50,639 nt of DNA from a virus (Duplodnaviria; Caudoviricetes): positions 1 to 50,639 of the IMG/VR virus record IMGVR_UViG_3300045999_000972. One strand, given 5' to 3'. The notes beneath the pieces are model-generated. The model ran no database searches and was not told where the DNA came from. It saw only the letters and a program-made list of their open reading frames with translations. Made by a program: the position numbers and the translations under genes. Shown one piece after another: positions 8,347 through 17,694 of the stretch (position 1 is the first letter of the stretch; every line of letters begins with the position of its first letter).

Positions 8347-8561
8347 TACGTCCTGACCCATCAGTTGTAAAGGCTCTTTCTATCGCTGTGCGTCAGCATC
8401 CAGAGATTCTGGACTGGTTGAAGGCATGGCGTACGCATGAGCTAGAGCAGCTACCATCTGCGATAAACAACGCGGCATTGATGCAGGGGCGATGCCAAGT
8501 TTTGGGCGAGATTTACAAGCTCGCCAAAGAGTCCCCTGAACTAGCGGCAAAGTCTCAATGA
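8343..8561 (+). CDS. Small protein between portal and scaffold
   Basis: GTG start overlapping the portal stop; SD GGAGG; QGRCQ motif. Confidence 0.75.
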   Translation: MIRPDPSVVKALSIAVRQHPEILDWLKAWRTHELEQLPSAINNAALMQGRCQVLGEIYKLAKESPELAAKSQ

Positions 8562-8607
8562 TATGACTCGCCGTCTAATCCACGCATACCGATAGGAGCG
8601 TTTCACT

Positions 8608-9657
8608 ATGGCACTTCCAGAGCAAATTCGTAAACAGACCGAGGCAGTTCAAGAACTGTACGCACAACTTAATGGTGATGGAACCAATGGCGAGGGACAA
8701 AATCCTCAAGCCGACGGTGGAACTCCGCCCAAAACAGATGCTGCTAACAGCACTCCGACCGCCGACGCGAACGCTGACACGAACGGTGCTACTCAATCAC
8801 CCGGCGCTGAGCACGCAAGTGGTGAAGAAAAAGGCTCAGAAGAAAATCTCAACCAAAAATACCGTACTCTCCAAGGCATGTACAACGCCGAAGTTCCACG
8901 TCTGCATAGCCAGAACAAAGAACTCTCAGGTCGTTTGCAGCAGATGGAGCAGTTGCTGGCAACCATCTCAGCACAACAGTCTTCCGCACGTAACATGGCG
9001 CAAACGCAAGTTGACCCACTTGTTACCGAGAAAGATGTTGAGGAATATGGAGAATCGCTTGACGTGATGCGTAAAGTGTCGCGTGAGGAGTTAATCCCTG
9101 TTGCTCAGAAACTTGTGCAGATTGAGCGGATGCTTCAGCAGTTGCAGGTTAACGTCGTGCCACAGGTTCACAACCTCGCACAACGTCAGGCTATGACTGT
9201 CGAACAGCAATTCTGGTCGGAATTGGCTACTGCCATCCCTAACTGGAAAGACATCAACGAAGACCCAGAGTTCCAATCATGGCTTCTTGAGTTTGACCCA
9301 ATGTCGGGTATCAGTCGTCAAACCATCCTAGAGGATGCACAGCGCAGCCTCGATGTACGTCGAGTTGGTAGTTTCTTTAAGTCTTGGCTTGAGATTACTG
9401 GACAAGCCAATGTTGCTCAAAACACCCGCCGGAATGTGTCTGCTTCCGAGTTGGAACGCCAAGTTGCCCCCGGTAAAGGGCGCAGCACAGGTAACCCAAC
9501 AGGAACAAACGCCAAGACCTACAGCCCTGATGACATCAAAACCTTCTTCAACGATGTTCGTCAAGGTAAGTACAAAGGGCGCGAAGCAGAGCGTGACCGC
9601 ATTGAACGCGATATTTTCGCTGCACAGCGAGAAAATCGCATAACTGTAAACGCTTGA
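8608..9657 (+). CDS. Putative capsid scaffolding protein
   Basis: Acidic disordered N-terminus, coiled coil, C-terminal AQRENRI; directly before the capsid gene. Confidence 0.75.
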   Translation: MALPEQIRKQTEAVQELYAQLNGDGTNGEGQNPQADGGTPPKTDAANSTPTADANADTNGATQSPGAEHASGEEKGSEENLNQKYRTLQGMYNAEVPRLHSQNKELSGRLQQMEQLLATISAQQSSARNMAQTQVDPLVTEKDVEEYGESLDVMRKVSREELIPVAQKLVQIERMLQQLQVNVVPQVHNLAQRQAMTVEQQFWSELATAIPNWKDINEDPEFQSWLLEFDPMSGISRQTILEDAQRSLDVRRVGSFFKSWLEITGQANVAQNTRRNVSASELERQVAPGKGRSTGNPTGTNAKTYSPDDIKTFFNDVRQGKYKGREAERDRIERDIFAAQRENRITVNA

Positions 9658-9673
9658 TTAGAGGAGTAATATC

Positions 9674-10582
9674 ATGGGATTTCCCGTAGCTGCTGGTCGT
9701 CCGAATTATTCGGGCAACTTCATTCCAGAGATTTGGTCTGGCAAACTTATTGAGAATTTCTACGACGCCACTGTGCTCGCAGCAATTTCTAACACCAACT
9801 ATGAGGGCGAGATTCGCCGCATGGGTGACACGGTTAACATCCGTACCACTCCTGAAATCTCTATCAAGACTTACGTTAAGGGCCAAACCCTGAGCGTTGA
9901 GAATCCTGATAAGCCAAAGATTCAGTTGGTTATCGACAAAGGCGAGTACTTCGCTTGTATCGAAGACGACGTGGACAAGGTTCAGTCTGACGTGAACATG
10001 ATGGACACTTGGTCTAAAGACGCTTCTGAGCGTATGAAGATTAAGATTGACCAACGCGTTCTGACAGACATTCTTCCAGACATTTCTGCTTTGAACAAAG
10101 GCGCAACTGCTGGTCGTATCACTGGCAACATCGACTTGGGCACAACTGGTACTCCAATTGCTATCACCAAGACTAACGTGCTTGACTACATCGTAGACAT
10201 GGGCACTGTGCTTGACGAAGCTAACTGCCCTGAGGGTGACCGCTTCCTGATTATTCCTGCCAAGATGGCTGGCATGATTAAGAAGTCTGACCTGAAAGAC
10301 GCATCTTTGACTGGCGACAGCGTGTCTGTGTTGCGTAACGGTCGCTTGGGTATGATTGACCGCTTTACTGTGTACATGAGCCACAACTTGTCTGTGACTT
10401 CTGGCAAGTTCAGCATCATTTCTGGTCACAAGATGGGCTTCACTTTTGCCTCTCAAATGACTGAGATGGAGTCTTTGCGTGCTGAGTCTACTTTCGGTAA
10501 CGTCATCCGTGGCTTGCAAGTTTATGGCTACAAAGTGGTGAAACCTGAAGCATTGGCTCAAGGTATCGTTACTTTGGCATAA
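9674..10582 (+). CDS. Major capsid protein
   Basis: FIPEIWSGKL, YEGEI..GDTVNI and C-terminal RGLQVYGYKVVKPEAL motifs of HK97-fold capsids; SD GAGGAG. Confidence 0.92.
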   Translation: MGFPVAAGRPNYSGNFIPEIWSGKLIENFYDATVLAAISNTNYEGEIRRMGDTVNIRTTPEISIKTYVKGQTLSVENPDKPKIQLVIDKGEYFACIEDDVDKVQSDVNMMDTWSKDASERMKIKIDQRVLTDILPDISALNKGATAGRITGNIDLGTTGTPIAITKTNVLDYIVDMGTVLDEANCPEGDRFLIIPAKMAGMIKKSDLKDASLTGDSVSVLRNGRLGMIDRFTVYMSHNLSVTSGKFSIISGHKMGFTFASQMTEMESLRAESTFGNVIRGLQVYGYKVVKPEALAQGIVTLA

Positions 10583-10587
10583 ACCAT

Positions 10588-10605
10588 GAGGGGCTTCGGC
10601 CCCTC
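10588..10605 (+). terminator. UUCG hairpin after capsid gene (weak U-tract)
   Basis: gaggggc-TTCG-gcccctc. Confidence 0.7.
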
Positions 10606-10631
10606 TATTGCAACTTTTTAGGAGATTTGAA

Positions 10632-11111
10632 ATGGCGACTATTACCGACTCTTTGGGCTTTAACAAAGGCTCTGCTGGATTCCGTGCCGAGGGCTTGAAC
10701 AAAGTTACTCGTATGGAAGTTGTTCTTGACTTTGCTGCGATTGCTGCTGCTCGCGCTGCTGCTGGTGCTGCTGCATTGGCATCTGGCGATGTTATTGAAA
10801 TCATGCCTATCCCAGCTAAGACGCTGGTGATGCGCGTTGGTTACGACGTTACTACTGCCGAAGGTGCTACTGCAACTTTCGACTTGGGTGACGGTTCTGA
10901 CACTGACGGTTATTTGAATGACATCAGCTTGAACAGCGTAGCGTCTGGCGCTATGGCGCTTACTTTGGCTGAAGCTGCACCGAACACGGTTGCTGGCTAC
11001 ACCAATGGTAAGTACTACAGTGCTGCTGACACTATCGACCTCTTGTTGAACTCTGCCAGCGTTGACGCTGCTAAGGTTCGCATCTGGGCTTTGGTACAAG
11101 ACTGCGCATAA
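10632..11111 (+). CDS. Putative capsid decoration/cement protein
   Basis: ATG 10632 with SD AGGAG; beta-rich, Ala-rich, directly after the capsid gene. Confidence 0.65.
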   Translation: MATITDSLGFNKGSAGFRAEGLNKVTRMEVVLDFAAIAAARAAAGAAALASGDVIEIMPIPAKTLVMRVGYDVTTAEGATATFDLGDGSDTDGYLNDISLNSVASGAMALTLAEAAPNTVAGYTNGKYYSAADTIDLLLNSASVDAAKVRIWALVQDCA

Positions 11112-11116
11112 AGAAT

Positions 11117-11139
11117 GGGGGCTTCGGCCCCCTTCTTCT
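11117..11139 (+). terminator. Terminator hairpin
   Basis: gggggc-TTCG-gccccc then ttcttct. Confidence 0.7.
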
Positions 11140-11147
11140 AGGGGAAT

Positions 11148-11438
11148 ATGATGAATCTAAAAGCAAAACAACTGACCGCATCTGGTCTTGTGACTGGTAA
11201 GCGTGCTTTGTTTAAGCAACTAATTGTGTTCCATCCTAACTCTAGCGATACTGCGATTGAGTTTTATGACCGAACAACTGCCCCCACTGGCGGAGAAGTG
11301 CACTATCAGTTTGATGTGTATGGTAAAGGCACAGACAGCATACCGTTTGTAGACCCCGGCATCTTGTTCGATGATGGAATTTACGTTGTGTTTACCGCAG
11401 TCGATACGACTGTAACTGTTATTTACGAGGAGGTGTGA
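11148..11438 (+). CDS. Small beta-rich virion protein
   Basis: PGILFDDGIYV motif common in small phage structural proteins. Confidence 0.7.
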   Translation: MMNLKAKQLTASGLVTGKRALFKQLIVFHPNSSDTAIEFYDRTTAPTGGEVHYQFDVYGKGTDSIPFVDPGILFDDGIYVVFTAVDTTVTVIYEEV

Positions 11439-11701
11439 TGGCTACCAAAGACTCTCGACTAGAGCGGGCTGGGGTATCTGGTTACAACCAGCCTAAACGT
11501 ACTCCGGGGCATCCGACTAAAAGCCATGTTGTTGTGGCAAAGTCCGGCACTGAAGTAAAGACAATTCGCTTTGGGCAGCAGGGCGTGAGTGGCGACAAAG
11601 AGGCGACGGCTCGTCAGAAATCATTTAAAGCCCGCCATGCGAAAAACATTGCCAAAGGCAAAATGTCTGCGGCATACTGGGCGGACAAGGTGAAATGGTG
11701 A
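11438..11701 (+). CDS. Small basic protein (DUF5754-like)
   Basis: TIRFGQQG...FKARH...SAAYWADKVKW pattern; SD GGAGG. Confidence 0.75.
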   Translation: MATKDSRLERAGVSGYNQPKRTPGHPTKSHVVVAKSGTEVKTIRFGQQGVSGDKEATARQKSFKARHAKNIAKGKMSAAYWADKVKW

Positions 11702-11850
11702 AAGAAGTTTGGGACAAACCAAGACCTAAAGGACTCGGTAAATCGAAGCCTTTGACGCCAGAGCAGAAAGCGAAGGCGAAAGCGGCGGCTAAGAAAGCGG
11801 GGCGTAAATACCCCAACTTGGTCGATAATATGAGAGCAGCAAAAAAGTAA
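11695..11850 (+). CDS. Small Lys-rich protein (51 aa)
   Basis: MVKEVWDKPRPKGLGKSKPLTPEQKAKAKAAAKKAGRKYPNLVDNMRAAKK; fills the gap exactly; not in ORF track. Confidence 0.75.
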   Translation: MVKEVWDKPRPKGLGKSKPLTPEQKAKAKAAAKKAGRKYPNLVDNMRAAKK

Positions 11851-11860
11851 GGAGAGTTGC

Positions 11861-12106
11861 ATGGCACGTTACCTGCGAAACAAGAAAGACGGTTTCATTT
11901 ACGATTACACTGAGCTATTGGCTGAAAACCCAATGGTCGAGGAAGTAACTGAAGAAGAAGCCTTCCCTGAGAAGTTCATTCCGAAGAAGCAAACTGGTCG
12001 TAAGACAGGTCTGAAGTTGGAAACTCCTGTGGAAGAAATTCCAGTTGAGCCTCCTGTTGTCAATGCAGAACTTAACGCAGAAGCGTCTAGGGGATTACCC
12101 GAATGA
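11861..12106 (+). CDS. Hypothetical protein
   Basis: SD AAGGAG; coupled to the next gene. Confidence 0.8.
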   Translation: MARYLRNKKDGFIYDYTELLAENPMVEEVTEEEAFPEKFIPKKQTGRKTGLKLETPVEEIPVEPPVVNAELNAEASRGLPE

Positions 12107-12753
12107 TACTCAATGATGTAGTCACAGAGGCCCGCCGCCTTATACAAGACATCAGCGCACCGCAACGCTACAGTGATGCGGTGTTGTTGGGCTTTGCCAA
12201 TCAAACGCTGAAGCGTATGTCTGTATTGCGTCCTGACCTCTTTGCCTATATCGGGGAGATTCCTTGCACGGCTGGGACTGTCATTCAGTCCCCTCCGTCG
12301 GATTCCCTTCGCATCATCGAGATTTTCCAAGTCAAAGACGGTGCGGGTGTAACCGAGGTTGACCGTAATTCGCTTGACCAAACATACCCCGGCTGGATGA
12401 ACGACACCGCTGCTGCGGCTGTTAACTGGATGCGCCATGTGCGCAACCCCAACAAGTTCTTCATCTACCCCAAAGCCCCCGCAGGACAAGTCCTTATCGG
12501 GGAATATGCACAGACCCCTCCCAATTACACTGGTAGTCAGACAGTAGAGTTACTGCCTGATGCGTTCTTCCCCGTTGTGGTTGACGGTACTGTGTTCTTG
12601 GCTGAGTCGGTTGACAACGAGCATGTGAACTCTAACCGTGCCCAGTTGTTCCAGCAGTCCTTTACTCAAGCGTTGGGTGTAAGTGCACAGGCTAGGTCGC
12701 TGACCGACACGGAAGAAGCGGGTCTACCTAATGAACAGGTAATCGCATCATGA
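12103..12753 (+). CDS. Head-tail adaptor (tail tubular protein A-like)
   Basis: Size, position, N-terminal helix pair and FFIYPKAP motif. Confidence 0.65.
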   Translation: MILNDVVTEARRLIQDISAPQRYSDAVLLGFANQTLKRMSVLRPDLFAYIGEIPCTAGTVIQSPPSDSLRIIEIFQVKDGAGVTEVDRNSLDQTYPGWMNDTAAAAVNWMRHVRNPNKFFIYPKAPAGQVLIGEYAQTPPNYTGSQTVELLPDAFFPVVVDGTVFLAESVDNEHVNSNRAQLFQQSFTQALGVSAQARSLTDTEEAGLPNEQVIAS

Positions 12754-13403
12754 GTACTCGCACATTTCTCTCGTTGGCTACACGCCTTGCGGCAAGTGTG
12801 CCGGGCTGCCCTCAGCCAATCTTAGAGCAACATATTCGTGATTCAGCGATTGAGACTTGCGAGCGTACGCTTGCATGGCGCTACGAGCAGCCTTCCATTC
12901 GCTTGACCCCCGGGGTGTATGAGTACCCCTACAACAACCCGTTGCAGACTGAGGTACACGCTTTTATCACTGCTGCTGTCAATGGCTCACCACTTGAGCC
13001 TCTGACTCTTGAGCAGTTGTATATGAAGTACCCCAACTGGCCTGACCTTGACCCTGACCAACGCTCAGACCCTCGGTTCATTTGCCAGCTTGACCCAGAT
13101 AACTTTGTTCTTGCCCCATTGCCAGACGACACCAAGGCTTATGACCTTAAGATGATTGCGGTTCTCAAGCCTTTACGTACCTCGACTGGTATGGACAAGA
13201 CCATCTTTGATGACCTAGAGAACGTCATCATGCACGGTGCGTTGCAGCATCTTCTTGTCATGCCCAACAAAAACTGGAGTGACCGTGAGTTGGCTACGTA
13301 CCATGCCAAGCAATATCTTTCTAAAATAACTGAGCGCAGAGCAAGAGCGAACATCGGTGCGGCACGAGCCTCGATGTCTGTTCAGATGCGCCCTTTCGCG
13401 TGA
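12750..13403 (+). CDS. Second adaptor/tail tubular protein
   Basis: VPGCPQP...HGALQHLLVMPNKNWSD pattern of podoviral adaptors. Confidence 0.65.
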   Translation: MSTRTFLSLATRLAASVPGCPQPILEQHIRDSAIETCERTLAWRYEQPSIRLTPGVYEYPYNNPLQTEVHAFITAAVNGSPLEPLTLEQLYMKYPNWPDLDPDQRSDPRFICQLDPDNFVLAPLPDDTKAYDLKMIAVLKPLRTSTGMDKTIFDDLENVIMHGALQHLLVMPNKNWSDRELATYHAKQYLSKITERRARANIGAARASMSVQMRPFA

Positions 13404-13410
13404 GGACACT

Positions 13411-13746
13411 ATGGCTGCTGATGTCATTCGTTTAGTAAAAGGCGACGAGAGACCAGTCATCGTTCTGACGTTGACCGATGATGTAACTGGTTCGCCTATT
13501 GATTTGTCCCTTGGTACAACTACCGTTGTTGTTAAGTTCCGGGAAGCTGGCACTACGACACTACTGTCTACTATTCCTTGCTCAAAGCTCAGTGGTGGAA
13601 CAACCGGGCAGGTGCAGTTTGACTTTCTAAATGGGGTACTTGACGTAGACCCCGGCATGTATGAGGGTGAGATTACAATTAACTTTAGTGGACAAGTACA
13701 GACTGTGTACGACACTCTGCGGTTCACGGTTAGAGAGAACTTCTAA
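13411..13746 (+). CDS. BppU N-terminal-like small tail protein
   Basis: LVKGDERP..LTD..PIDL..GMYEGEITI pattern; ATG 13411 with SD GAGG. Confidence 0.6.
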   Translation: MAADVIRLVKGDERPVIVLTLTDDVTGSPIDLSLGTTTVVVKFREAGTTTLLSTIPCSKLSGGTTGQVQFDFLNGVLDVDPGMYEGEITINFSGQVQTVYDTLRFTVRENF

Positions 13747-15242
13747 TGGCAAATATACGAGCCGCTGCTGTTGCAACTACCGTTCTGTCGGCAGCAGTAG
13801 CTGCTTCGACGGTATCTGCTGCTGTTAGCACTCGTAGTATTTCTGCCACCCAATATGTTGCTCCACAGATTACTGTGTCTGCGTTTGTTGTTCCGACTGT
13901 TACGTTAGAAAACCAAACAATCAACATTTCTGACTTTCCACAGATTTCGATTGGGCAAGTCACGATTGACATAGCGACAGCTACCGACGACGTGGCGTTG
14001 TCGTTTGCTAAGGTATTGACTGATGAAGTTATTGCGACGGATGCAATCAATCGCATGTTCTACGGCAATATCGACTTTGACCCGACTGACCCTGACGCCG
14101 ACCCAGACCCTATTACCGTAGCAGATGTAGATGTAAAGAACGTAGGGAAAGTCCTTACAGATGCTGCCGCAGCGACAGACGTAAACGCTAAGACTATAGG
14201 GAAACCCCTTACCGATACAGCAGCCGTAGCGGATGCTATCAATACCAAACATGTTGGTAAGGCTTTGACTGATGCTGCTACAGCGACAGACGCCATCAAC
14301 ACATTCAACACAGTTAAAGTTGTTGTTGATAGTGTGACGCCTGTCGAAGCACTAACCAAAGAACTTACTCGACCCAATGTTGCTGACTCAGTGACTACGG
14401 CGGATACCTCCTTCCGTTCGCCGGGGTTGGGTAAGACCGACTCGGTGGCGGCTGCGGATACATTTGGGCCATTCAATATAGGTACAAACCCTAGCGACGC
14501 AGCTACTGCAACGGACGCCGTAAACACATTTGCGGTTGCCAAGGTATTGACCGATGCGGTCACGATGACTGACTTCATCGCTAAGACTCCGGGTTACAAC
14601 TTTGACTTTGATATTGTTGACGCGGACGCTGACCCAGACCCAGTAACGATGTCTGAGGTAATGGCAAAGTCATTTACCCGCCCCAACATCACTGACACGG
14701 CGACTGCCTCTGATGCAGCAGCAAAAGATTTCACCCGTCCTAACGTAACGGATTCTGCGACTATGGCAGACGCAATGGCTAAGTCTTTTGAGACAGCCCG
14801 TGCAGACGCCGTGACAGCAGAGGATGTAGCAACTCGAAGCTCTGTGAAGGTTCTGACCGACGCTACGATTGGGGCTACTGACGTACTGGTTACTTCTACT
14901 ACCAAGGTAGCGACTGACTCCGTAACTGGTTCAGACGCTATCAATGTGTTTGCCGTCACGAAAGCATTGACTGATGCTGCTACGATGGCTGACTCGATAA
15001 GCGTTCTGTTGATTCCGGGTATCACTACACCGTTGTTCGACTGGGCATTTATCTCAGATGACAAGTTCACCTACTTCCCTGTACCGGGGGTACTGAACGC
15101 ACATCTAATCCATCAACCGCTCGTAAACGGCGAGTTTGTGCTGACAACTGACCCCAATGCTGGTATCGTATATACCATCCGCACGGAGTCGTACAGCTAC
15201 ATGTTTGCTGGTTACGGACTCAACGAGAACCAACTTAACTAA
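13746..15242 (+). CDS. Repetitive Thr/Asp/Ala-rich structural protein
   Basis: Many roughly 18-aa K.LTD.A.A.D repeats. Confidence 0.75.
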   Translation: MANIRAAAVATTVLSAAVAASTVSAAVSTRSISATQYVAPQITVSAFVVPTVTLENQTINISDFPQISIGQVTIDIATATDDVALSFAKVLTDEVIATDAINRMFYGNIDFDPTDPDADPDPITVADVDVKNVGKVLTDAAAATDVNAKTIGKPLTDTAAVADAINTKHVGKALTDAATATDAINTFNTVKVVVDSVTPVEALTKELTRPNVADSVTTADTSFRSPGLGKTDSVAAADTFGPFNIGTNPSDAATATDAVNTFAVAKVLTDAVTMTDFIAKTPGYNFDFDIVDADADPDPVTMSEVMAKSFTRPNITDTATASDAAAKDFTRPNVTDSATMADAMAKSFETARADAVTAEDVATRSSVKVLTDATIGATDVLVTSTTKVATDSVTGSDAINVFAVTKALTDAATMADSISVLLIPGITTPLFDWAFISDDKFTYFPVPGVLNAHLIHQPLVNGEFVLTTDPNAGIVYTIRTESYSYMFAGYGLNENQLN

Positions 15243-15251
15243 GGAGTTATC

Positions 15252-15692
15252 ATGCTTCACGATACTATCAAAATGACTGGAGACCTGAAGATTGTCCTCA
15301 AGGACGAGAACGGCCAAATCAAACACGAACAAGAGGTAAAAAACCTTGTTGTGACTGTAGGTAAGAACTTTATTGCGTCTCGCATGAAGGACACAACTGA
15401 CACTGCCATGACACACATGGCTGTTGGCTCTGGCACTACGGCTGCTGCTGTAGGCGATACGACACTAGGTACTGAACTTGGTCGTGTGTCTTTGACTTCG
15501 ACTACTGTAACGACCAACAACGTGGCGTATGTTGCGACATTTCCAGCAGGTACTGGCACTGGTGCTGTTACTGAGGCGGGTCTGTTCAATGCCTCTAGTT
15601 CTGGCACGCTGCTTTGCCGTACGGTATTTTCAGTCATTAACAAGGGCGCAGCCGATACACTCGGTATTACTTGGACTGTGACCGTTAACTAA
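15252..15692 (+). CDS. Tail/fibre-associated structural protein
   Basis: KNLVVTVGK...HMAVGSGTTAA...GAVTEAGLFNA motifs common in tail modules. Confidence 0.75.
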   Translation: MLHDTIKMTGDLKIVLKDENGQIKHEQEVKNLVVTVGKNFIASRMKDTTDTAMTHMAVGSGTTAAAVGDTTLGTELGRVSLTSTTVTTNNVAYVATFPAGTGTGAVTEAGLFNASSSGTLLCRTVFSVINKGAADTLGITWTVTVN

Positions 15693-15703
15693 GGAGTAGG
15701 GAG

Positions 15704-16981
15704 ATGCCCCTTAAACTCACAAACAACGCGTTTGGCACACTTGCAGCGGGGATTAACTCGTCTGCGACTAGCATTACGTTGACTACTGGGCAGGGTGCAC
15801 GCTTCCCTACGTTGTCCGCTGGCGATTACTTTTACGCCACTTTAGTGGATACATCCAATAATTTGGAAATCGTAAAGTGTACTGCCCGTTCAACTGACGT
15901 ACTGACAATTGTACGTGCGCAAGAGTCTACTACGGCTCGTGCGTACAACACTGGTGACCGTATCGAAATCAGAATTACTGCGGCAACTTTTCTAGAAGCC
16001 GCAGGTGTGACGGACGGAGACAAAGGTGATATTACTGTTAGTGCTTCCGGTGCAACGTGGACTATTGACAACGGAGCGGTAACTGCGGCTAAGATGGCCT
16101 CTGGTGCTGCGTTATCTAACCTAGGGTACACTCCCGCAAATAAAGCAGGTGATACTTTTACTGGAACTGTTATTGTTCCAGAGATGAAACTTGGCGGTGG
16201 CACTTACGCGAACAATCAGAAATTTCAAATCGCCGATGCAAACGGCGAGACTGGGCTTTCAATATCCTGTCAGTCTACTAATGGTAGGCAGTGGGAATGG
16301 ATTTCTGGGGGGTCTGGCGGAGCGTTTGTTGGGGGGAGGTTCGGGCTTTATGATAGGACTGGTAGTACAGCCCTTGTGCATTACGATGGTAGAACCGGAA
16401 CTACTGCTGGTGGTACAACAGGTATTGGTGTTGGTTTTAGCAATGCTGGTATTTGGATTGACCGTGGCTGGTCAGACAATCCGTCGATTACTGTTGTTTC
16501 GACTAACGGCCCCGGCAACACCAATCAAGGAACGCTCCGTATCCACGGGACAAATGCAACCTACGCAAGCTATCCTTCTTCCGCTGGGGCTGATTTTTCT
16601 TGTAACCTCCAAGTTGATGGAACAATTACATCTTCCGACCGCCGCAAAAAAACACAGATTCAAAACATTAGTAACGCGTTAGATACTGTTAAGCAATTAC
16701 AAGGAGTTTCTTACTACCTTGTGAACTCTAACTTAGATATTCAAACGCATATGTCTGATGCGGGTGGGCGTAAATTTGGGTTTATTGCACAAGATATGCA
16801 AGCCGTAATACCGGAAGCCACTGTTGAACACCCTATGGAGCCAAAAGAAAATGGTTGGTGTGATGCTTTCGGTTTGGACTATGGTTCTATTACGGCGGTG
16901 TTACTTGAAGCTGTCAAAGAACAACAGCAGCAGATTGAAACTTTGAAGACTGAAGTAGCTGCATTGAAGGCAGGAGCATAA
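15704..16981 (+). CDS. Tail fibre with C-terminal intramolecular chaperone (peptidase S74-type)
   Basis: SSDRRKKTQIQ...GFIAQD...LDYGSITAVLLEAVKE followed by a coiled coil. Confidence 0.88.
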   Translation: MPLKLTNNAFGTLAAGINSSATSITLTTGQGARFPTLSAGDYFYATLVDTSNNLEIVKCTARSTDVLTIVRAQESTTARAYNTGDRIEIRITAATFLEAAGVTDGDKGDITVSASGATWTIDNGAVTAAKMASGAALSNLGYTPANKAGDTFTGTVIVPEMKLGGGTYANNQKFQIADANGETGLSISCQSTNGRQWEWISGGSGGAFVGGRFGLYDRTGSTALVHYDGRTGTTAGGTTGIGVGFSNAGIWIDRGWSDNPSITVVSTNGPGNTNQGTLRIHGTNATYASYPSSAGADFSCNLQVDGTITSSDRRKKTQIQNISNALDTVKQLQGVSYYLVNSNLDIQTHMSDAGGRKFGFIAQDMQAVIPEATVEHPMEPKENGWCDAFGLDYGSITAVLLEAVKEQQQQIETLKTEVAALKAGA

Positions 16982-16983
16982 AC

Positions 16984-17337
16984 ATGGGATTAAAAGTCAC
17001 CAACAACGCCTTTGGCACACTGAACGCTGGTATCAATAGCAGCGCAACGACTATTGTTCTCTCGGCAGGGCAAGGCTCTCGTTTCCCTACGCTGGCTGCT
17101 GGTGACTACTTCTACGCCACCTTGATTGATACAACCAACAATCTGGAAATCATTAAGGTCACAGCAAGAAGCACTGACACCATGACGGTTGTGCGTGCGC
17201 AAGACAACACGACAGCCCGCGCATACAGCACGAATGATAGATTTGAGTTGCGTCCAGTTGCAGCACTGTTCGCAGAATTTGCCGACAAGGCATCAACAGG
17301 TAAAGCGATTGCAATGGCAATCGTATTCGGAGGATAA
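16984..17337 (+). CDS. Short tail-fibre protein, paralog of the preceding fibre N-terminus
   Basis: About 100 aa highly similar to the N-terminus of 15704..16981. Confidence 0.8.
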   Translation: MGLKVTNNAFGTLNAGINSSATTIVLSAGQGSRFPTLAAGDYFYATLIDTTNNLEIIKVTARSTDTMTVVRAQDNTTARAYSTNDRFELRPVAALFAEFADKASTGKAIAMAIVFGG

Positions 17338-17340
17338 AAC

Positions 17341-17694
17341 ATGGCAGCCCCAAACATCGTAAACGTAGCAACCATCACAGGTAAAACGGCGGTGCAAGCT
17401 GTCGGTACATCCGCAACCGCAATCGTTACCAACTCAAGCGGCAGTGGTAAGGTGTTTAAAGTCAATGCGCTTTATGTATCTAACGTAGATGGTGCGAACG
17501 CGGCAAGTATTACCGTTGATTTGTTCCGCTCTAGTACTGCGTATCGCCTATTGAGCACTATCACAGTTAACGCCAGTGATTCCTTGGATGTTCTTACTAA
17601 GGCGTTCTACCTTGAAGAAGGTGATACGCTTCGGTTAACTGCATCTGCGGCGGGGGACTTAGAAGCTGTATGCTCTTATGAGGAGATTTCCTAA
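17341..17694 (+). CDS. Small beta-sandwich tail-associated protein
   Basis: SD GGAGG; MAAPNIVNV...YLEEGDTL...SYEEIS. Confidence 0.75.
   Translation: MAAPNIVNVATITGKTAVQAVGTSATAIVTNSSGSGKVFKVNALYVSNVDGANAASITVDLFRSSTAYRLLSTITVNASDSLDVLTKAFYLEEGDTLRLTASAAGDLEAVCSYEEIS

Noticed and set aside
10560-10640. Programmed frameshift or readthrough extending the capsid protein
   Set aside because: No slippery heptamer seen at the capsid 3' end; the next gene has its own SD and ATG after a hairpin
9548-10804. 418-aa ORF antisense to the capsid genes, and other long antisense ORFs (7648..8361, 30014..30760, 33136..33933)
   Set aside because: Shadow ORFs caused by the codon bias of real genes; no SD and no recognisable motifs
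16191-16682. Alternative-frame + strand ORFs inside late genes (also 4260..4772, 20175..20669, 30342..30884)
   Set aside because: Unlike 33617..33754 they lack a strong SD-ATG and look like off-frame translations
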